IMG/VR virus record: IMGVR_UViG_3300034417_000033
Coordinates: 1-64,000 of that record
Length of the DNA: 64,000 nt
Origin: a virus
Strand: one strand, 5' to 3'
The translations under genes and the position numbers were made by a program. Positions 36,238 to 45,184 of this stretch are shown here, piece after piece. Below the pieces are notes generated by a model, which saw nothing but the letters and a program-made list of their open reading frames with translations, was not told the DNA's origin and did no database searches. How positions within the stretch are numbered: position 1 is the first letter of the stretch; each line of letters begins with the position of its first letter.

Positions 36238-36610
36238 AGTAAAGCTGTTTACACTGGTAAATTATTTGACTTAATTCATAGTCATACGTCGATGCTGTTG
36301 AAGCAGTCATCATCCTGGAGTTTTTTTCCGCTTCCATAACCGTCATATATCTACGAAGCAAGTCTTTCATTTTGTAAATATCATTTCGCAGCGACATGTT
36401 GTCATTGTACAAACTCACAATATTGTCGTTCATTGCTTGCAGTATGTTTTTGTTAAATTCTGGCTCTTCTGTTTTTGCAACATTGGTTGCAAGTTTTTCC
36501 GCCAGCCTATCTTGGTGTAATTTATGATACAGCTCTGGAGTCACATACTGGAATATGTATTCATCTATTCGACTTAAATAGTCTTTCTCTACATTATTGA
36601 GATATTTCAT
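36236..36610 (-). CDS. Hypothetical coiled-coil protein
   Basis: ORF in operon. Confidence 0.65.
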   Translation of the reverse strand: MKYLNNVEKDYLSRIDEYIFQYVTPELYHKLHQDRLAEKLATNVAKTEEPEFNKNILQAMNDNIVSLYNDNMSLRNDIYKMKDLLRRYMTVMEAEKNSRMMTASTASTYDYELSQIIYQCKQLY

Positions 36611-36789
36611 TTTCCCATCCTTTTTAATTTTTCTACTAATTCATCCTTAATATATACTTCAATCCGTGCAATCATCGCAATTGCATCTGCTTTCGTTCTA
36701 GCGGAATACACCAGTTTCTTTTCTGGGCATTTCCAATACCAAGGTGTGGATAATCCGCCAATAAACGGGTTCCACCGTGGATCGTTCAT
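36607..36789 (-). CDS. Small hypothetical protein ending ELVEKLKRMGK
   Basis: ATGA overlaps on both sides. Confidence 0.6.
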   Translation of the reverse strand: MNDPRWNPFIGGLSTPWYWKCPEKKLVYSARTKADAIAMIARIEVYIKDELVEKLKRMGK

Positions 36790-37049
36790 CCTCGCACTAC
36801 CTTAATGTTTGTAACACATGCTTCTGCGTATTTCAAAGCGTCGGCTTCATTGGAAAACAAACGGTCACGATACGATTCTGAATAGTCGTTTTTTATCTGT
36901 GCAATAGATGTCCACCAAAGTAAATATCGGCGCTGTCTAATCACCACATAATATTTTGCTTGTTTGTGACAATATCTTACCCAAGCTGCTGTAATCACTT
37001 TAATTTTATCTCCAGCCGTAGCCGTGTTCTTCGGGGCCGTAGGTGCCAT
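36786..37049 (-). CDS. Hypothetical protein
   Basis: ORF in operon. Confidence 0.55.
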   Translation of the reverse strand: MAPTAPKNTATAGDKIKVITAAWVRYCHKQAKYYVVIRQRRYLLWWTSIAQIKNDYSESYRDRLFSNEADALKYAEACVTNIKVVRG

Positions 37050-37236
37050 CTGCCATTACCTCTTTCCAACGCCAATGATTAGATATTCCATATGTTCCCC
37101 AGTACTGACCTTCGGTAATTTCTACAGTTCTGCCAGACGGGTGAGTCACAACGTCTCCGATTTTAAAAGGGGAACTGCCGAGCACACTCGACACCATATC
37201 TTGAATACTTTTGGAAACGTGCGTCATGTTAGTCAC
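37006..37236 (-). CDS. Small hypothetical protein
   Basis: PFKIGDVV.HP.GR.V.I..GQYWG..G.SN.W.W...E.GYGW. Confidence 0.65.
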   Translation of the reverse strand: MTNMTHVSKSIQDMVSSVLGSSPFKIGDVVTHPSGRTVEITEGQYWGTYGISNHWRWKEVMADGTYGPEEHGYGWR

Positions 37237-37552
37237 CTTGATAAAAATCCGATACTCTAACGTACCCTTTTATTTTAATAATGCGTTCTCTAACCCAACA
37301 ACCTATTATAACACAGACAATGAACGAAAAGCAAGCAATTGATCCATGCATCGTTTTCGGTTGATCAGAAATATAATATTCATACAGTGCAAGTAATGGA
37401 AAGAAAGTAAACAATGATGTGATAGGAATTGTAATTGGTCCTGACACATAAGTAAATTTCTCACCTTGCATGGTACGAATTAATATTTCGTTCTTATGCA
37501 ATATCTTTGACACTGCGATCCCTGAAATAGTTAACAGTGCGATACACTGCAA
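37229..37552 (-). CDS. Membrane protein
   Basis: Hydrophobic segments; start uncertain. Confidence 0.5.
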   Translation of the reverse strand: MQCIALLTISGIAVSKILHKNEILIRTMQGEKFTYVSGPITIPITSLFTFFPLLALYEYYISDQPKTMHGSIACFSFIVCVIIGCWVRERIIKIKGYVRVSDFYQGD

Positions 37553-37760
37553 TCAAAACTGCCAGAGCACCAATAAACCAAAGCTCATATGGTGTGCCCG
37601 GTTCTTTAAGTGCTTGCCTAAAAGCATATGCAAACAATGCTAATGGAGAACCAACAAGTGCAAGTTTATACAGACCTGCAATGTTTCCAGGATTTTCATA
37701 TAAGACTGTGCCCTGCAATTTTGCTAGGACTCGGTCTTTTTCTGTGCGTGTTACCCTCAC
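37494..37760 (-). CDS. Two-TM protein starting EKDRVLAKLQG
   Basis: GTG overlaps the thyA stop. Confidence 0.6.
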   Translation of the reverse strand: MRVTRTEKDRVLAKLQGTVLYENPGNIAGLYKLALVGSPLALFAYAFRQALKEPGTPYELWFIGALAVLIAVYRTVNYFRDRSVKDIA

Positions 37761-38608
37761 ACTGCCATCCCAGGTTTGTTTTCAATATCTGGAAGTGGAT
37801 CGTAACCAAACAATTCTAAATCTGTAAACTCTAAAGCCAGAATGTCATCCAGCGAATTTAGTTCTTTGTTAATAACTAGCTTCGGCAATTGTCTTGGAAT
37901 CCTAGTCATTTGTTCTTCAACCATTGCTAGTTGGTTTTGGTATATGTGTACATCATTACCGAAGTATACTAATTCACCAGGTTCTAATTTCAACATTTTT
38001 GCAAATGCCATATTCAAGAATGCGTATCCCATAATGTTATACGGTAAGCCAAACGGGACGTCGTTTGATCTCAATATAAAAGAACTATTGAGTGAACCAC
38101 CAGAAACAATATATTGATGATACAAGTGGCATGGCGGCAGTGGGGTTCCAGATAGCTGCTGCGGATTCCAGGCGCTGACGATGTGGCGTCTCCCGTTTGG
38201 GTCCTGTTGCAGTCCAGCTAAAAGACCTTCAATTTGGTCTATGCCACTGTTGGCTGCGCCTAATGTTCCGCCGAAGTTTCGCCACTGATGGGAGTAACCT
38301 GTTCCTAAACTTCCTTCTGGCAAATGGTGAAGGCCTCGTGCGTCTAAAAACTCTCGAGTCGTATTTCCTTTCCATATGTTAATTCTCTTTTCTTCCAACA
38401 GCTTAGTGTCTGTTTCCCCACGAAGAAAGAACATCGTTTCTTCAAATGCAATCCTTAGTGCAACTCTTCGAGTAGTTAGGATTGGGAAGCCTTCTGCCAA
38501 ATTCCAACGCAGGGTTCTTCCAAAAACTGAACGAGTGTTACCGGCTCTAGATTCTTTGTCGATGCCATTTGCATAGACATCTTGTAGTAACGCAATATAA
38601 TTTTTCAT
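37757..38608 (-). CDS. thyA: Thymidylate synthase
   Basis: GFPILTT, GRRHIVSAWNP, LPPCH, RSNDVPFGLPYN, DVHIYQN. Confidence 0.97.
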   Translation of the reverse strand: MKNYIALLQDVYANGIDKESRAGNTRSVFGRTLRWNLAEGFPILTTRRVALRIAFEETMFFLRGETDTKLLEEKRINIWKGNTTREFLDARGLHHLPEGSLGTGYSHQWRNFGGTLGAANSGIDQIEGLLAGLQQDPNGRRHIVSAWNPQQLSGTPLPPCHLYHQYIVSGGSLNSSFILRSNDVPFGLPYNIMGYAFLNMAFAKMLKLEPGELVYFGNDVHIYQNQLAMVEEQMTRIPRQLPKLVINKELNSLDDILALEFTDLELFGYDPLPDIENKPGMAV

Positions 38609-38976
38609 TATTCTCCTTGTAATTTTTGTACTAGGGCAGCTCGGTTTCTTTGGTATTTTGCGATAACATACATCAATATCAGAGGAGAAGAAATTAGTCC
38701 AACAACAATAAAGAAAGTAGAGTTAATCGTAGGAACAACATAATACAGTATTGTTCCAAACGCTAAACTTGAGAAAGCCGTTAGGAATAATAAACATGTT
38801 TGTAAAATAACAACAGGCCCATTGACGCTGTCTATAGGTCCTGGTAGAGGGACAAGAATCTGATCAGATGTCCAGTTGCCGGTCTTCACAAAGTTCCTAG
38901 TCGAAAGGTATGCTTTATAATTAAGGAACAGAAATATCACAATAGAAGAAAGCACAATAGCTAAGCCTGGACCCAC
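38608..38976 (-). CDS. Three-TM paralogue array member 1
   Basis: FVKTG...LVQKLQGE. Confidence 0.75.
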   Translation of the reverse strand: MGPGLAIVLSSIVIFLFLNYKAYLSTRNFVKTGNWTSDQILVPLPGPIDSVNGPVVILQTCLLFLTAFSSLAFGTILYYVVPTINSTFFIVVGLISSPLILMYVIAKYQRNRAALVQKLQGE

Positions 38977-38977
38977 G

Positions 38978-39337
38978 TTATTCCCCTTTTAATTTTTCTA
39001 CAAATGCGTATGGTTTGCGTAAACGTTTTGCTGTAAAGTATACAACTGCCATAAATATTAATGCCGATACAAAAGAAATTGCAATCGGATTTTTATCAAG
39101 AATGAAATTAATCACGTTCAGTACTATTTCACAAACAAAAAATGCACCCATTGCAATACAACATGCAACAACCGGAATCTCAGATATGTGTGTGTTTTCT
39201 ATTGAGCCAGGTATAAGCGCATAGTTTCCAGTCTTAACATATCGATATGCTGCAACCAATATGACTACAGCAAAGGAAAGCCCTGATAAAATAAAACTGG
39301 CAACAGCCATATTCTCATCTGTTAGTAGCATACTCAT
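38978..39337 (-). CDS. Three-TM paralogue array member 2
   Basis: YVKTG...FVEKLKGE. Confidence 0.75.
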   Translation of the reverse strand: MSMLLTDENMAVASFILSGLSFAVVILVAAYRYVKTGNYALIPGSIENTHISEIPVVACCIAMGAFFVCEIVLNVINFILDKNPIAISFVSALIFMAVVYFTAKRLRKPYAFVEKLKGE

Positions 39338-39675
39338 TTTCCCGTTAATCGGTTAATAAACTTTTCCTTTTCTCGAAAGTGACTAGCTATAGCAATAGTC
39401 GCAATAGTAAATATTAACAGAAGTAAGAAAAGGTAAACTACAGGATTATAGAGTGCAAGCTGTTTGCATATTACAAAAAATCCTTCAATAAGTAACGCAA
39501 TTATTCCTCCAGATACAGATGCAATAGTTATTGTGGTTAGCCAACCCTCAAGAACTCCGCCAGTTGGAGTCATAGGCAGTATTCCAGTTTTTACAAACTT
39601 AACTGCGGCAGTTATCATCACTGTGCCAAAAACCAACAGTGCTGAACAAACAGCAATTTTATCAACTACAGTCAC
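39334..39675 (-). CDS. Three-TM paralogue array member 3
   Basis: FVKTG..LEGWL...FINRLTGK. Confidence 0.75.
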   Translation of the reverse strand: MTVVDKIAVCSALLVFGTVMITAAVKFVKTGILPMTPTGGVLEGWLTTITIASVSGGIIALLIEGFFVICKQLALYNPVVYLFLLLLIFTIATIAIASHFREKEKFINRLTGK

Positions 39676-40016
39676 CCTTCTTCTCCTCTTAATCTTTCAA
39701 CAAATCTTTCTTTTCTTCGCATTCGCCTTGCAACAAAAACTGTTATAGAAACAAATACCATGGCTCCAGCAAATGCGTACATAATTGGGTTATGGTTCAG
39801 TAGTTGTTTGCCTATCTCTAGCACTCCCCTTACCACTAAGATACCAAGCAAACTTACGCACAGCCCAGCGAGAAAACTTAGCAACCATCCCTCAAGTTCG
39901 GTGGAGGCAGGAAAGAAAAAAGTTCCAGATCGAACATACTTCACCGATGTCCACAATATAAATGCAGTAAATGTAACGATGGGTGATGACATTGCAATTA
40001 CATCAATGGGCGGCAC
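39672..40016 (-). CDS. Three-TM paralogue array member 4
   Basis: YVRSG..LEGWL...FVERLRGEEG. Confidence 0.75.
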   Translation of the reverse strand: MPPIDVIAMSSPIVTFTAFILWTSVKYVRSGTFFFPASTELEGWLLSFLAGLCVSLLGILVVRGVLEIGKQLLNHNPIMYAFAGAMVFVSITVFVARRMRRKERFVERLRGEEG

Positions 40017-40365
40017 GTCCGTCTCCTTTTAATCCATCAATTAGCACTGCTTGGGCACGAAGCCTCTTAGCTCGGCGCACCATCACTATAATAGCAAATA
40101 TAACAATTGGGATTGTCCCTGTTACTATATTCCATTTCCAGAAACATAAAGAAAGAGTAGTTGCTACAACACCGCAAAGTTGTATTAGCACAAATGGAAA
40201 AAAGACAGTTTTTAAATTAAACAAGCCGTCATTAGTATCAAGCTGGAGCCACTTTCCAGTAACAATGTGAAAGTCCACAAGATACCACACCTTAACAAGA
40301 ATAAAAGCCATAGCTATATAAAATACAGCATATGGCGTAAATACTTCTACACTAGGCATTTCCAT
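40003..40365 (-). CDS. Three-TM paralogue array member 5
   Basis: HIVTG...LIDGLKGD. Confidence 0.7.
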   Translation of the reverse strand: MEMPSVEVFTPYAVFYIAMAFILVKVWYLVDFHIVTGKWLQLDTNDGLFNLKTVFFPFVLIQLCGVVATTLSLCFWKWNIVTGTIPIVIFAIIVMVRRAKRLRAQAVLIDGLKGDGRAAH

Positions 40366-40570
40366 CTTTTAGGATCTCCGCTTTATGCAGCCTTTTTATA
40401 TTCGCAATATAAAACTTGCCAATTGACTCTGCTGCAAGCAATTCTTCAAACAAATGATGTGGCACATCCTTATACTGGTATTTAGAGCCAGTTAAGAATT
40501 CCACATACACATCGCCTTCAAAATATGCAACTGCTTTAAGATTGCTGCTTTTTACATTATGCCAATTCAT
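40352..40570 (-). CDS. KTSC domain protein
   Basis: VKSSNL..V.Y...VEF..G..YQY.DVP..F..LL.A.S.GKF...NIK. Confidence 0.9.
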   Translation of the reverse strand: MNWHNVKSSNLKAVAYFEGDVYVEFLTGSKYQYKDVPHHLFEELLAAESIGKFYIANIKRLHKAEILKDGNA

Positions 40571-40571
40571 A

Positions 40572-40985
40572 TTACCCCGCCAATTTTTCTGCCAAAAGTT
40601 TCATTTTGTGTCTCTTACTAAAGAACACGTACCTAATTAAATACAGTATTGCTATGGGCCATGCCACAAAAAATACACAAAGCATTACGAGCGATGAGAA
40701 AAGACTAGCAAACCAAACATCTATACTATTACACCGAAGTGTAAAAATAGTATCAGCAATAATCTCGAAGCCTACTAATTTGTTTAGATATTTCTTCCAA
40801 TCCTGATATTTAAGTGAGAGGGTGTCTTCCTTCAATTGGAACCAGTCGTAATTGTACAACATGAAATCGTAAAGCGCAAATATTAATTTTGCAATTGCAG
40901 CTAATACAACAGCAGCAATAATCATTATAGAAACAATGACGCTGACTGCCAGATACTGCGTGTACAAATTATGCAATGTTTCCAT
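40572..40985 (-). CDS. Membrane protein ending LAEKLAG
   Basis: Two or three hydrophobic segments, AWP motif. Confidence 0.7.
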   Translation of the reverse strand: METLHNLYTQYLAVSVIVSIMIIAAVVLAAIAKLIFALYDFMLYNYDWFQLKEDTLSLKYQDWKKYLNKLVGFEIIADTIFTLRCNSIDVWFASLFSSLVMLCVFFVAWPIAILYLIRYVFFSKRHKMKLLAEKLAG

Positions 40986-40986
40986 T

Positions 40987-41811
40987 TTATACCCTTATTA
41001 AAAGTTCAGAGTTCCAACCTGGGTTAAGTTCGTTCGGTTGATATCCACGTGGGTTGCAAATTACCCGTGTGTTTCCAATCATGTAATCGGAGCTATCGTG
41101 CATATGACCATGGAACCAAAAGTCTGGCTCATACTTTAGAACCAGTTCATCCAAGTTGCTGTAATATGCTGAGTTATATTGATCACCATGAAACTTAGTG
41201 TGAACGGATTTAAAAGATGGGGCGTGATGTGTTATTACCACTGCCTTTTCATCCTTCTTCAGTTTCACTTCTATTAACTGAGATTCAATAAACGCAACTG
41301 CATCCAAGTGCCTAACATACGCATCGCCCGGAAGAAATTTACGCAAGTATGGTTCAGACATAGTTCCGGTGCGGATCGTTTTGTGATCATACACACCCAT
41401 CTGTGCAGTAATCATATCACTATGATTAGCGTTGTTGTAATTCGTCCACATTGTAGAGCCAATAAATGTTACATCATCTATTTTAACAGAATCGTTCTGC
41501 AGGAAAAATACGCCAGTGTGCTGCGCCAATTCCCGAAACTTTCCGTATGCTGTAGTAATGCTTGCGCCATACAGTTCGTGATTTCCCGGAACATATATTA
41601 CCGCTTTAAATCTAGGGCACACTTCTTCCAAAAACGGAATAATTGTGTATGGCCTGTCTATCACGCCAATGTCGCCAGCTAGAATTAACACAGTCTCGTG
41701 ATCGAACGGAAGTTTCGGAAGAGAGAAGTAGTAATCAGGCAGAGCCCGTACCCCGTTCTTATACCGTTCAAATTCAAGATGTATGTCGCTTGCTTCGCGA
41801 ACTAAAAGCAT
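40987..41811 (-). CDS. Calcineurin-like metallophosphoesterase
   Basis: SDIHLE, LAGDIG, PGNHE, THHAP, FHGHMH, CNPRGY. Confidence 0.92.
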   Translation of the reverse strand: MLLVREASDIHLEFERYKNGVRALPDYYFSLPKLPFDHETVLILAGDIGVIDRPYTIIPFLEEVCPRFKAVIYVPGNHELYGASITTAYGKFRELAQHTGVFFLQNDSVKIDDVTFIGSTMWTNYNNANHSDMITAQMGVYDHKTIRTGTMSEPYLRKFLPGDAYVRHLDAVAFIESQLIEVKLKKDEKAVVITHHAPSFKSVHTKFHGDQYNSAYYSNLDELVLKYEPDFWFHGHMHDSSDYMIGNTRVICNPRGYQPNELNPGWNSELLIRV

Positions 41812-41837
41812 GATAATAAACTCTGTTGTGTTTTGCT

Positions 41838-41865
41838 ATTATAACAAAAACAACGTAAATGTCAA
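41838..41865 (-). promoter_or_regulatory. Sigma70-type promoter
   Basis: TTGACA-16bp-TATAAT. Confidence 0.8.
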
Positions 41866-41866
41866 G

Positions 41867-42160
41867 TTATTTTTTAACTGGAACTGTAATGTTAACTTGG
41901 GAAACTGGAGCGGCGATTCTAATCTGGGCAACTAGTGGTTTCATTTCTCTCCACCTTTTAGAATTTACTACGTCAGCACTGTTTTGCTTCCGAATGTCAC
42001 CAAATTTGTACCACGGTGTTTCTATCCACTCTCCTCTTTCTTCATCCCAGACGCCGCCAATCGCATTACTTGGCAATTTAGGTTTAGGGAATTTGCCAGC
42101 TAGGCGTAAAGCACAGTCGTACTGGTCTCTAAGATACGCTCGGCGTCCAACCGTAGCTCG
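41867..42160 (-). CDS. Hypothetical protein (start uncertain; listed ORF overlaps the next gene)
   Basis: The 3' part of ORF 41867..42265 fills the gap. Confidence 0.45.
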   Translation of the reverse strand, partial: RATVGRRAYLRDQYDCALRLAGKFPKPKLPSNAIGGVWDEERGEWIETPWYKFGDIRKQNSADVVNSKRWREMKPLVAQIRIAAPVSQVNITVPVKK

Positions 42161-42533
42161 CCATAATTTCTGCAACACGTCTATTAACAATCCCCTCAGT
42201 CGTCGAGCAGTACCAATCCATGTAACTTTCATTTTTACCATGATGCTTATTCCTAATAGTTGCAATTAAACCAGAAGCATACCGAAAAGATCCAGACCAG
42301 GTGTAAATATTTCCCCTCAGTGCATCCATTAGATTGTCTTCTGTTACATCTAATTTCTTATACCAGGTAGTGTTCGTTAGGGCAGAGTATAGCATCTTTG
42401 CGCCGTACTCTCTTTTAACAAGATTTGTAATTTCAGGAGATTCAAGCAAAATAGTTTCAAACTCTGCCCTATAACGATCGCTTTCTTCTTGTTGTCTTAT
42501 ATAATTAATCTTTTCATGTTCGTTTATGTCCAT
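42129..42533 (-). CDS. Conserved hypothetical protein
   Basis: YA..LY.AL.N..W...WSGSFR.A.GLIA..R....SYMDWYCS..EG.V. Confidence 0.75.
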   Translation of the reverse strand: MDINEHEKINYIRQQEESDRYRAEFETILLESPEITNLVKREYGAKMLYSALTNTTWYKKLDVTEDNLMDALRGNIYTWSGSFRYASGLIATIRNKHHGKNESYMDWYCSTTEGIVNRRVAEIMASYGWTPSVS

Positions 42534-43249
42534 AGCTGACCCCTGATTGTTGCCAATCTCAAAAACATTTCTTCCTGTTCTTTTTCAAACAATTCTCGCT
42601 TCGCGTTGAATTCGTCCATTGCTAACGCATATGCTGCATATTCAGGTGTCTTTCTGTACGATGGATTAAATTGTTTTCTAAAATCAATGTCTGGCACAGA
42701 ATCATAACTTGGCTCTAAGGATTCTTTATTTTTCCACCACTTGTACAAACACAGAACTTCTCTTGCTAACACTGCCTGCTCAGGGTAATAACATGCTGGA
42801 TCCAAGTCCAGCGATGCTTCCCACTCTAAATACTTAATTCCCTGTTCAGGATATCTCTGTTTCCCAAACTTTCTAGAAAACCAACCAGGGTACATTTCGT
42901 CGGGGCCAGTTGACAGTTGGCGCCAACCTTTACTTATTTCTACAAAGTCAACTAGGATAGAAAACATTGCGTTAAGCATCACAACTGGCGGCTCATAATA
43001 CCCAGGCTTTAGCTGTATGTCGACTAAGTGATATCGATGTCTAGGAATGATGCGATACATAAGCCAACGGGCCATTTTTTCACTTCTGATAGACACTGGT
43101 AGAAAAATACGCTTCCTTAAAGTCTTTGTTAAAAAATACCTAAAAGGAGCTTCAGCTCGAAATCGTGCATCAAATTTTTCCCAGCCTTCCATTGTGGTTG
43201 TGACAGGATTAAATTTTAGCCATTGTATAAAATCTTCAGTAAATAACAT
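42524..43249 (-). CDS. Conserved phage hypothetical protein
   Basis: L.AMFSILVDFVE, G..YL.WEASL, QA..AREV..LY.WW, RL..IR..LWT. Confidence 0.75.
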   Translation of the reverse strand: MLFTEDFIQWLKFNPVTTTMEGWEKFDARFRAEAPFRYFLTKTLRKRIFLPVSIRSEKMARWLMYRIIPRHRYHLVDIQLKPGYYEPPVVMLNAMFSILVDFVEISKGWRQLSTGPDEMYPGWFSRKFGKQRYPEQGIKYLEWEASLDLDPACYYPEQAVLAREVLCLYKWWKNKESLEPSYDSVPDIDFRKQFNPSYRKTPEYAAYALAMDEFNAKRELFEKEQEEMFLRLATIRGQLWT

Positions 43250-43271
43250 TATGTCTCCGTATAGAACTAAG

Positions 43272-43300
43272 ACTATAGCATCAGTATACTTAAATGTCAA
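43272..43300 (-). promoter_or_regulatory. Sigma70-type promoter
   Basis: TTGACA-17bp-TATAGT; the -35 overlaps the upstream TGA. Confidence 0.75.
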
Positions 43301-44403
43301 GCCATGCGTATTAAGCCGGGCCTGTAAGAATTAGGGGCAATTTGAGTTAAGACCATATGTCTGTGCCCTGATTTGTTGGACGATATGTGGAACCACGGAT
43401 TTCTTCCGCCGTATTCCAATATCATTTGATCGCAGTTGATGTCAGCTTTTATTTCCTGTGCTCTGTCCCAAATTTGTTGGGCATTAAATCCGGGGAATTG
43501 TATATCGCTTGCTTGTCCCTTGTTGTGCTGACTAGATCCAGATTTTTGGCGATAGCACGAAGTGATTAAAAAGTTTCCGTATTTTGCTCTTACTGCCTCT
43601 AATACAACATTTGCATGATAACATAAATTACTAAGCAATTGCTTTTGCGTTAGTCCTACGATTGCAACAGTGTCACCAAACTCGTATGTACTAACTGCGG
43701 TTTTTATTGTTAGGTCAGCTAAGGTATAATTTGTAGATAACTGAAACGAATTTGCAAATTGTGAAAAACTTGCGTATGGTTGCCCAGTACCTGGGTTAAC
43801 TGCTGCTTGCCACGTAAAGTTATCTGGCAAGGCGTCAACGTCTGCGCAAGTGTGTGGCGGAGCAGGCGGTTGTTCTGGAGGTGCATCATCTTTCTCTATG
43901 GGCTCAGGAACTTCTACACTGCCAGGTGGAGTAACTGGAGGATCAGATGGATCTTCTGCGCTAGTCTCTTCATCGTCGTGCATTGTAGTGTGGTATTCAA
44001 ACTCAGTAGTCTGCATTGTTGCGCCAGGTGGAGGAATAACTAAAGGTGTGCTACTAACAGGACTAACAAATGCAGAATATTTGGGCGTGTTGTCTACCAT
44101 GTAAGATGTACCGCCTCCGCTGTTCACAAAAACATTTGGCGAGCCTGCCAAAGCAAACGAGCCATCTGTTTCTGGACAACTAGTGTAACTAGCACCTAAG
44201 TAATTAACAAACACATTACTAGAACCTTTCTGTAAGGTACTATCGTGACAACTTTGTCCCTTACAGTGTGTGGGCCATAAATCTGTTTCTCGATGTACGC
44301 CAATGTTATTTGCAAAGACGTTCGAGCTGGCTTGCACGTTTCCACGAGCTGGCCAACCGTCATGTTCTGTATCTACATCGCCGAGTCGAGTAATTTTTGG
44401 CAA
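43297..44403 (-). CDS. PAAR (gp5.4-like) domain fused to a peptidase M15A (Zn D-Ala-D-Ala) domain
   Basis: N-terminus RLGD..H...SSNVF.N..HC..H..GSSNVFVN..GSPNVF; C-terminus ITS.YR...SQH.KGQA.DI, DQ.I.E...W.HIS. Confidence 0.8.
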   Translation of the reverse strand: MPKITRLGDVDTEHDGWPARGNVQASSNVFANNIGVHRETDLWPTHCKGQSCHDSTLQKGSSNVFVNYLGASYTSCPETDGSFALAGSPNVFVNSGGGTSYMVDNTPKYSAFVSPVSSTPLVIPPPGATMQTTEFEYHTTMHDDEETSAEDPSDPPVTPPGSVEVPEPIEKDDAPPEQPPAPPHTCADVDALPDNFTWQAAVNPGTGQPYASFSQFANSFQLSTNYTLADLTIKTAVSTYEFGDTVAIVGLTQKQLLSNLCYHANVVLEAVRAKYGNFLITSCYRQKSGSSQHNKGQASDIQFPGFNAQQIWDRAQEIKADINCDQMILEYGGRNPWFHISSNKSGHRHMVLTQIAPNSYRPGLIRMA

Positions 44404-44721
44404 TTAAGTGATAATTCCTGGTTTAGTAACAAGTACAATTTTAGAAATGCTGCGCTCGTAATCAGCTTGCAATTCTTTTGGCAGCAAGAAGTATGTAACA
44501 ATGCTTGATCTACTAATAGGTAAATCTGCTTCGCCAGCACTAAACAATGGCCAGTGGCCTAATTGTATTCCTGCTTCACCTTGCATTAAAGTCTTAGGGC
44601 TTTGTAAAATTAAGTCTGTTCTATCAACAGAAACAATCTTTGCAAAAATTTCATCGCCAGTAAATAACTTGAATCCGAAAATTTTGCCTTCTTCTAACAT
44701 CATATTTTTATCTTGCAGCAT
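44404..44721 (-). CDS. Sm/LSm-like small beta-barrel protein
   Basis: FKL.TGDEI.AKI......L..P..L pattern. Confidence 0.6.
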   Translation of the reverse strand: MLQDKNMMLEEGKIFGFKLFTGDEIFAKIVSVDRTDLILQSPKTLMQGEAGIQLGHWPLFSAGEADLPISRSSIVTYFLLPKELQADYERSISKIVLVTKPGIIT

Positions 44722-44945
44722 TACATATTTACCTTTTTAACAAGTTCGGGATATCCACCAACGTATTCATCATTTATAAAAATTTGTGGAACTGATCGAA
44801 CTGGAACTGGACAAATATCCATTAACTGCTCTCTTGTAAGATCAACCCCTACTTTTTTATATTGAAAGGAGACACCTTTCATTTCACATAATTTTTTTGC
44901 TTGTTCGCAAAACGTACAATTATCTTTACCATAAATTACTACCAT
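44721..44945 (-). CDS. Glutaredoxin
   Basis: YGKDNCTFC..AK, SVPQIFI...YVGGY. Confidence 0.92.
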   Translation of the reverse strand: MVVIYGKDNCTFCEQAKKLCEMKGVSFQYKKVGVDLTREQLMDICPVPVRSVPQIFINDEYVGGYPELVKKVNM

Positions 44946-44956
44946 TAATTTTCTCC

Positions 44957-45175
44957 TTATACATTTCTAAATTTTACGGGTGTTACGTGGCACATTTTTA
45001 TCTGACCAGCTTCAAACATTGCTTGCGATGCTGTCATTTCAGCATCAGAAACACAAAACTGCCAAGTGTTAGATACTGGTTGATGCACAAATGTTAAACA
45101 TAAAACTTGCCCATCAGATAAAGGCAACAATATTTGTTTTGACGGTTTAATATTCCCACGGTTATGTTCTTCCAT
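44957..45175 (-). CDS. Small hypothetical protein between nrdB and glutaredoxin
   Basis: Strong SD GGAGG. Confidence 0.55.
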   Translation of the reverse strand: MEEHNRGNIKPSKQILLPLSDGQVLCLTFVHQPVSNTWQFCVSDAEMTASQAMFEAGQIKMCHVTPVKFRNV

Positions 45176-45184
45176 ACTACCTCC

